A stretch of DNA of 64,000 bases from an uncultured Armatimonadetes bacterium (GTDB lineage Bacteria; Armatimonadota; Hebobacteria; Hebobacterales; Hebobacteraceae). The position numbers and the translations under genes are program-made. Shown here in pieces: positions 58,755 through 64,000 of this stretch. The notes under the pieces are model-generated. The model searched no databases and had not been told where the DNA came from. It saw only the letters and a list, made by a program, of their open reading frames with translations. The DNA lies in the NCBI GenBank assembly GCA_963716175.1, contig OY970296.1, positions 1,088,001 to 1,152,000 of the forward strand. Reading direction: 5' to 3'. How positions within the stretch are numbered: position 1 is the stretch's first letter; every line of letters starts with the position of its first letter.

Positions 58755-60795
58755 TCACAACCCCCAGAACCCATAGGTCCTCGTCCCCCAGATCATGGTC
58801 ACGAAGGTCCAGCTCAGCCCGATCACGGTCTCTCCCAGGATCAAACCGTAGAAGAACGGCAGGGCCTGCCGGTAGAGCCGCAGCCCGCCATAGCGAAGCA
58901 CCGTGCCCTTGGCGATCATCGCCAGCACCATGGGCATCCAGATCAGGTGGATGGACCAGCTCGCGGCCAGGGCGTAGGCCACCGGGTGCAGGGGCCACCC
59001 CACGATGGCGCTTCGCGCCGCCCCCAGCAGTAAGGTGATGGCGAACCCGGCGGCCATGGCGAGCAGAGGCACGTAGTCCGCGTGGGTCGGGTTCTGGACC
59101 CAGGATTGCAGGGTGCGCGCCACCTCATCGCCCTGCCAATCTCCCCCGCTCCACTTGGAAGCCACCCCCCACTGATAGGCATAGTGCAGCCACACCCAGA
59201 ACCCGGCCAGCGTCCCCAGCAGGCTCGCCAGCGTGATGGCGACGACCACCGGCCTGCTGGGAGACCCGGTCCGCGCCGCCAATTGCACCCCCTCGATGGT
59301 GTGCCCGATGGGATGGCCCCGGAAGGCGCGCTGCAGCCACCAATAGATGCTGAACATGGTCAGGTCCTGATGGCTCACGTTCATCGTTCCAGATACCGAG
59401 ACGATGATGCGGCCCGGGCCGGCGTGGTGGAAGTCGTGCACCGGCGAGCCGAACTCCGCCCGCACCCGCGCCACCGCCAGCGATAGCAGGTAGTAGACCA
59501 CGAAGAAGAAGATGGCGATCCGCAGCGACATCCCTCCATAGACGCTGAAGGCCACCAGCAGCGCGATCCCCACCACTGCACCGATCGCGGCCAGCCGGTA
59601 GCTCATCCCCTCCTGGGCATCGCTGACTTCACTCCGCCGGCCCACGATCCGCCGCCACACCGCGGCGAAGTAGCTCCTCCCCACAAAGATCGGCCCCAGC
59701 GCGATCGCCATGTACCCGCCGAACATCTGGTGATTGGCATAGGGAAACGTGGTCTCCACTTCCCCGGTCCAGCCCTGGTTGATCCCGAGCGCGGCCGAGA
59801 GGACATACATCGCCTTCCACCAGAAGAAGAAGACCACGCACGAGAACAGGATGTCCAGCGGCACCAGGAACGCGATCCCGATCACCGCCGGGTAGAAGGT
59901 CACCGGCAGCCAGCCAATCCCGCGCCAGGGCAAATCGGGAAGGAGATTGGCGATATCGTTCGCGCCCCAGTTGTCCACCACTGGCGCAATCGAGAGATAG
60001 GGCAGGGCCGGGTAGATGTAGTGCAGCCCATTGATCAGATCCACCGACCCCGCCGCCACGAACCCGATCCAGAGCAGCGCGCTGCGCCAGAGCTGGGTGT
60101 CCGGCCGGGTGATCTCCAGCGGCAACTGGATGATGGGGAAAGTCAGCCGCTCCCGGTCCGCCCACTGCGCCCGCACCAGCACCGAGAGGCAGGTCATGAC
60201 GAAGATCAGCACCACCATGAACCCGGTCCACCACAGCACTGGCGGCAGCCAGGCCCGCAGCACGAAACTCTGGTACATGCTGGAGGAGCCGTTGTAGTAA
60301 TGGTACAGCGCCTGGGGGTCGCTCACCACCAGCCAGGGCGGTGAATTCGCCCACATCTCCTCCCAGCGGTTCGCCGGGGTGGCGAACCAGAAGGGGTGAG
60401 TGATGGTGGGCACCAGCACCTGCATGTTGTCATAGGCCACCGTCGAGCTGCCGATGGTGAGCATGGCGTAGATGATGATGAACTCGGCCTGGTTGAGCGC
60501 CCAGGCCGGCCGCAGCCTGCGCGCCACGGCATTGGCCAGCGCCAGGAAGAAGACGATGAAGATCACGTTGAAGAAAAGCGAGAATGGTGGTGGGGAGCAC
60601 GCCCGCGCCGGTGATGTTCTCCATGTGGAGCACCCACAGCGCGTTCAGCGGCAGCAGCACCAGCCCCAGCGCAAATCCGCGGCCGACTCGGCTCGTGCTT
60701 CGTAGCGAAGGCCGGTTCGCCTGCCGAAGCTGGGCTTCGGAGCCCGCGAAGGCAGGAGCTTCGCTACTTCGCAGAGTAGCAGTGGCTCTCTTCAT
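58755..60795 (-). CDS. DUF6785/DUF6784-type polytopic membrane protein (putative transporter), frameshift near 60582
   Basis: QWADRERLTFPIIQLP, WPLHPVAY, LRYGG.RLYR; the N-terminus lies in ORF 60430-60795 and matches the paralog. Confidence 0.78.
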
Positions 60796-60803
60796 CCTGC
60801 TTC

Positions 60804-62753
60804 CTACAGCCCCCAGAAGCTATAGGTGGGCACGCCCCAGATCAGCCCCACCAGGGGCCAGCCGCACCCGATCACGCTCTCGCCCAGAATCAGGCCGTAG
60901 AACAGGGGCAGCGCCTGCCGGTAGAGCCGGAGGCCCCCATAGCGCAGCACCAGCGACTTCACGATCCACGCAATCAGCATCGGCATCCACACGATGTGGA
61001 TGGACCAGCTCGCGGACAGCGCGTAGGCCACCGGGTGCAGAGGCCACCCCATGAAGGTGGTCCGCGCCAGCCCCAGCAGCATGGTGATGGCGAAGCCGAC
61101 TCCGATCCCGATCAAGGCCAGGGGATTGGGCTGGGTGGGGTTCTGCACCCAGCTCTGCAGGTTCTCCACCATCTCCACCCCGCGCCAGTCCCCGCCCCCG
61201 AACTTCGAGGACACCCCCAGGACATAGGCGTAGTGCAGCCAGCCCCAGAACACCGAGAGCGTCCCCGCCAGCGTGGCCAACACCATCGCCACCACCAGCG
61301 CCCGGCTGGAGGAGCGGCTGCGGTGCGCCATCTGCACTCCCTCGATGGTGATCCCGATGGGGTGAGCGCGATAGGCGCGGTTGAACCACCACAGCAGGCT
61401 GAGCACCACCAGGTCCTGCTGCCTGATGCTGGCCGTGCCCGCCACATAGGTGATGGTCTGTCCCGGGCCCGCCAGGTGGAAGTCGTGCACCGGAGAGCCG
61501 AACTCCGCTCGCACCCGCGCCACCGCCAGCGACACCAGGTAGTACATCACGAAAAAGGGCGCCGCCAGCCGCAGCGACAGCCGGGCGTGCATCGTGAACG
61601 CCACCAGCAGCGCGATTCCCACCACCGCCCCGACCGCCGCCACGCGATAGCTCAACCCTTCTTGTCTGTCATCCGCCTCTGAGCGTCGGCCCAGCACCCG
61701 CAGCCACACCTCCCGGAAGTAGCGCCGCCCCATCAGCAGGGGGGCGATGGCGATGGCGAGATAGCCGCCGAACATCTGCTCGTTGGCGTACGGAAACACG
61801 CTCTTCGCCTGCTCCGACCACCCCTGGCTCACTCCCACCGCGGTGGCGATCACGAACATCGCCTTCCACCAGAAGAAGAAGAAGACCGAGGAGAACAGCA
61901 GATCCAGGGGCACCAGGAAGGCCATCCCGATCACCGCCGGGTAGAACGTCACCGGAAGCCAGCCGATCCCGCTCCAGGGCGGGTCCGGCAGGTACTTCAT
62001 GAGATCATTCGACCCCCAGGTGTCCATGGTGGGCGCGATCGAGAGATAGGGGATGGCGGGGTAGATGTAGTGCAGACCATTGACCAGATCTATGCCCCCC
62101 GCGGCCGCGAACCCGACCCAGAGCAGAGGATTGCGCCACAGTGGCGTGCGCGGCTCGCTCACCGCCAGGGGAAGCTGGATGATGGGGAAGGTGAGGCGCT
62201 CCCGGTCCGCCCATTGGGCGCGCACCAGCACTGAGAGGCAGATCATCACGAACACCAGCACCACGATGAACCCGGTCCACCACAGCACCGGGGCCAACCA
62301 GGCCTGGATCACCGGCCACTGGTACAGGGTGGAGGAGCCATTGTAGTAGCCGTAGAGGATGCTCCGGTCCCAGACCACCAGCCAGCGGGGCGCGCTCTCC
62401 AGCAGTTGGTCGTAGCGGTTCTCGGGGTTGGCGAACCAGAAGCCATGGGTCATCACCGGGATCAGCACCTGCATCATGTCCAGGCCCGCCAGCGCGGTGC
62501 TGATGGCCAGCATGCTGTAGACGATGATCAGCTCGCCCTGGGTCAGCGCCCACCGGGGCCGCAGCCTCCCCAGCGCCAGGTTTCCCAGGGTGAGGAAGAA
62601 CAGCACGAAGACCACATTGAAGAACAGGGAGATGGTGGAGGGAATGGGCCCGTAGGCGCCGATGTGCTCCATGTACAGCACCCACAGCGCGTTCGGCGGC
62701 AGCAAGATCAAGCCGACCAGAAAACCGCGCCAGGTGGGAGCACCCCGCTTCAT
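60804..62753 (-). CDS. DUF6785/DUF6784-type polytopic membrane protein (putative transporter)
   Basis: Close tandem paralog of the downstream gene with the same motifs and many TM helices. Confidence 0.82.
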   Translation of the reverse strand: MKRGAPTWRGFLVGLILLPPNALWVLYMEHIGAYGPIPSTISLFFNVVFVLFFLTLGNLALGRLRPRWALTQGELIIVYSMLAISTALAGLDMMQVLIPVMTHGFWFANPENRYDQLLESAPRWLVVWDRSILYGYYNGSSTLYQWPVIQAWLAPVLWWTGFIVVLVFVMICLSVLVRAQWADRERLTFPIIQLPLAVSEPRTPLWRNPLLWVGFAAAGGIDLVNGLHYIYPAIPYLSIAPTMDTWGSNDLMKYLPDPPWSGIGWLPVTFYPAVIGMAFLVPLDLLFSSVFFFFWWKAMFVIATAVGVSQGWSEQAKSVFPYANEQMFGGYLAIAIAPLLMGRRYFREVWLRVLGRRSEADDRQEGLSYRVAAVGAVVGIALLVAFTMHARLSLRLAAPFFVMYYLVSLAVARVRAEFGSPVHDFHLAGPGQTITYVAGTASIRQQDLVVLSLLWWFNRAYRAHPIGITIEGVQMAHRSRSSSRALVVAMVLATLAGTLSVFWGWLHYAYVLGVSSKFGGGDWRGVEMVENLQSWVQNPTQPNPLALIGIGVGFAITMLLGLARTTFMGWPLHPVAYALSASWSIHIVWMPMLIAWIVKSLVLRYGGLRLYRQALPLFYGLILGESVIGCGWPLVGLIWGVPTYSFWGL

Positions 62754-62866
62754 ACTAGCGGTCCTGCGGGAGCCCGGTGCCTAGCTCCGGGAGAGCGGAC
62801 CGCCATGGCGGCCCGCCGGTGGCGGGCCTAGCCATCCTCCGGGCGATATATCGGTCCTCTCCGGAC

Positions 62867-64000
62867 CTACCCCACATGCCACACCTTCACATCGCCCGGC
62901 CCCAGCTCCACCTCCAGCACCACCGCGCTGCCCGCGGCGCCCGCGCTCACCCTCTCCTGCGACAGCACCTCCGTCATCTCCAAGCTGGCAGCACCCGGCT
63001 TGAGCGGCCCCAGCTCGAAGCTGATCTTCGCCCGCTGCACCTGGTCGCTGTCGTTGAAGGCCGTGAAGTAGAGCGGCGCGCCGGGCCTGCCGAATCGCTC
63101 GACGTAGACCTCCGGGTTGTCCGACCGCGCCTCGGTTACAGGCTCCCATCCCGCCGCGCTCAAGGCTGCGATCACCGGGATGTACTGTTTGAACCGCGGC
63201 CGGTCCCGGTGGTAGAGACTGGGGTCACCCCAGTACGGGTCCTCCGAAGCGTTGTGGCTGAAGAAGCTGGGGAAGAAGCCATAGGCCGTCGCCCGCTTCA
63301 TGTAGAGGTCAATCGCCTCCGGCTTCAGCACCTGGTAGTCGGTGTTCAGCAGCAGGAGGTATGGTCGCTGGTAGCAGAGAGCCCGTGCGTAGTTCGCCTG
63401 CTCGTCCGGCATCTCGCCGCCGAATTCCGTGCCCATCACATCCAGCCAGGCCGCGCCCCATGGGGTCTCGGAGGGGGTACCATTGGCAAAGGTCATCTTC
63501 CCCCGGGGCCACATCCGGTGCGCGATCTCCCTGGCGAAGTCCACCATGTCGAACATCGCCGACTCGCACACTCGCCCCTGGCTGTCGAACACCAGCGGAG
63601 TGTCGAGCCGCGCGAAGTGCTCCCGCCGGTAGTTCAGCTCCTGGCGGAACAGATACATCTCGAAGCTGTCGTGGTACACCCCCGCCAGCTCCGGGTTGCG
63701 GGCGAAGGCCTGCTCGATGCGGCTCCAGAGCAGCTGGAATTGGGTGACCGCGCCGCCCTTGGTGGGCACGGCCGGGTTGGGGTTGATCGCGAACACCGCG
63801 CCATCGCACCAGGGCTCGTTCTCGATGCGGCCGGCCCAGTGGCCCTGCGGGTCCTCATCGGCCGAGCTGGACACGGCCTGGTATTCCTCGTCGCCCTCCT
63901 GGGCTCGCGCTGCGATCAGGGCCATGGCGGCGGGAATGGTGCGCTCCATTTCCTTCGGCATGTCGACCCAGCGGCTCCAGGGCTCGACGTAGACGAAGCT
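62867..64000 (-). CDS. Putative glycoside-hydrolase-like protein, 5' end outside the window
   Basis: Frame open to the window edge; GVYHDS, FANG, DVMGTE, AGWEPVT.AR...VYVERFG. Confidence 0.65.
   Translation of the reverse strand, partial: SFVYVEPWSRWVDMPKEMERTIPAAMALIAARAQEGDEEYQAVSSSADEDPQGHWAGRIENEPWCDGAVFAINPNPAVPTKGGAVTQFQLLWSRIEQAFARNPELAGVYHDSFEMYLFRQELNYRREHFARLDTPLVFDSQGRVCESAMFDMVDFAREIAHRMWPRGKMTFANGTPSETPWGAAWLDVMGTEFGGEMPDEQANYARALCYQRPYLLLLNTDYQVLKPEAIDLYMKRATAYGFFPSFFSHNASEDPYWGDPSLYHRDRPRFKQYIPVIAALSAAGWEPVTEARSDNPEVYVERFGRPGAPLYFTAFNDSDQVQRAKISFELGPLKPGAASLEMTEVLSQERVSAGAAGSAVVLEVELGPGDVKVWHVG

Noticed and set aside
60566-60600. Pseudogenisation of the second DUF6785-type paralog
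   Set aside because: A single extra base; removing it restores TISLFFN as in the paralog, so an assembly indel is likely

Overview
A high-GC bacterial chromosomal window. Several SLH-domain surface proteins, a LysM/stalk-domain protein and tandem DUF6785/DUF6784-type membrane proteins suggest Armatimonadota (inference only). Housekeeping content: GT4 and polysaccharide deacetylase, three SLH proteins, a GAF/HD-GYP protein, a GHMP kinase, a DUF2089/DUF4097 envelope-stress operon, HAD-thiD-pyrG, nfu, a modA-like lipoprotein, an mttB-family gene, an S9 peptidase, sixA, comF and hypF/C/D/E. Four small, compositionally distinct inserts are present: an IS1-family-ended unit carrying a Fic gene; a TIGR04255-like/acidic-protein/PIN triad; a proteasome-beta-like Ntn protein with an antitoxin-like peptide and a Doc toxin inside the hyp operon; and a solitary PD-(D/E)xK protein followed by a possible type ISP R-M remnant. 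A cluster of three DGC-domain proteins, an aquaglyceroporin and a putative outer-membrane barrel lies divergent from a MerR-Cys-rich-thioredoxin fusion. REP/REPIN-like palindromes are scattered throughout. Three single-base frameshifts look like sequencing errors. I recognised no rRNA, tRNA or CRISPR array. All family calls come from motif recognition, not database searches.
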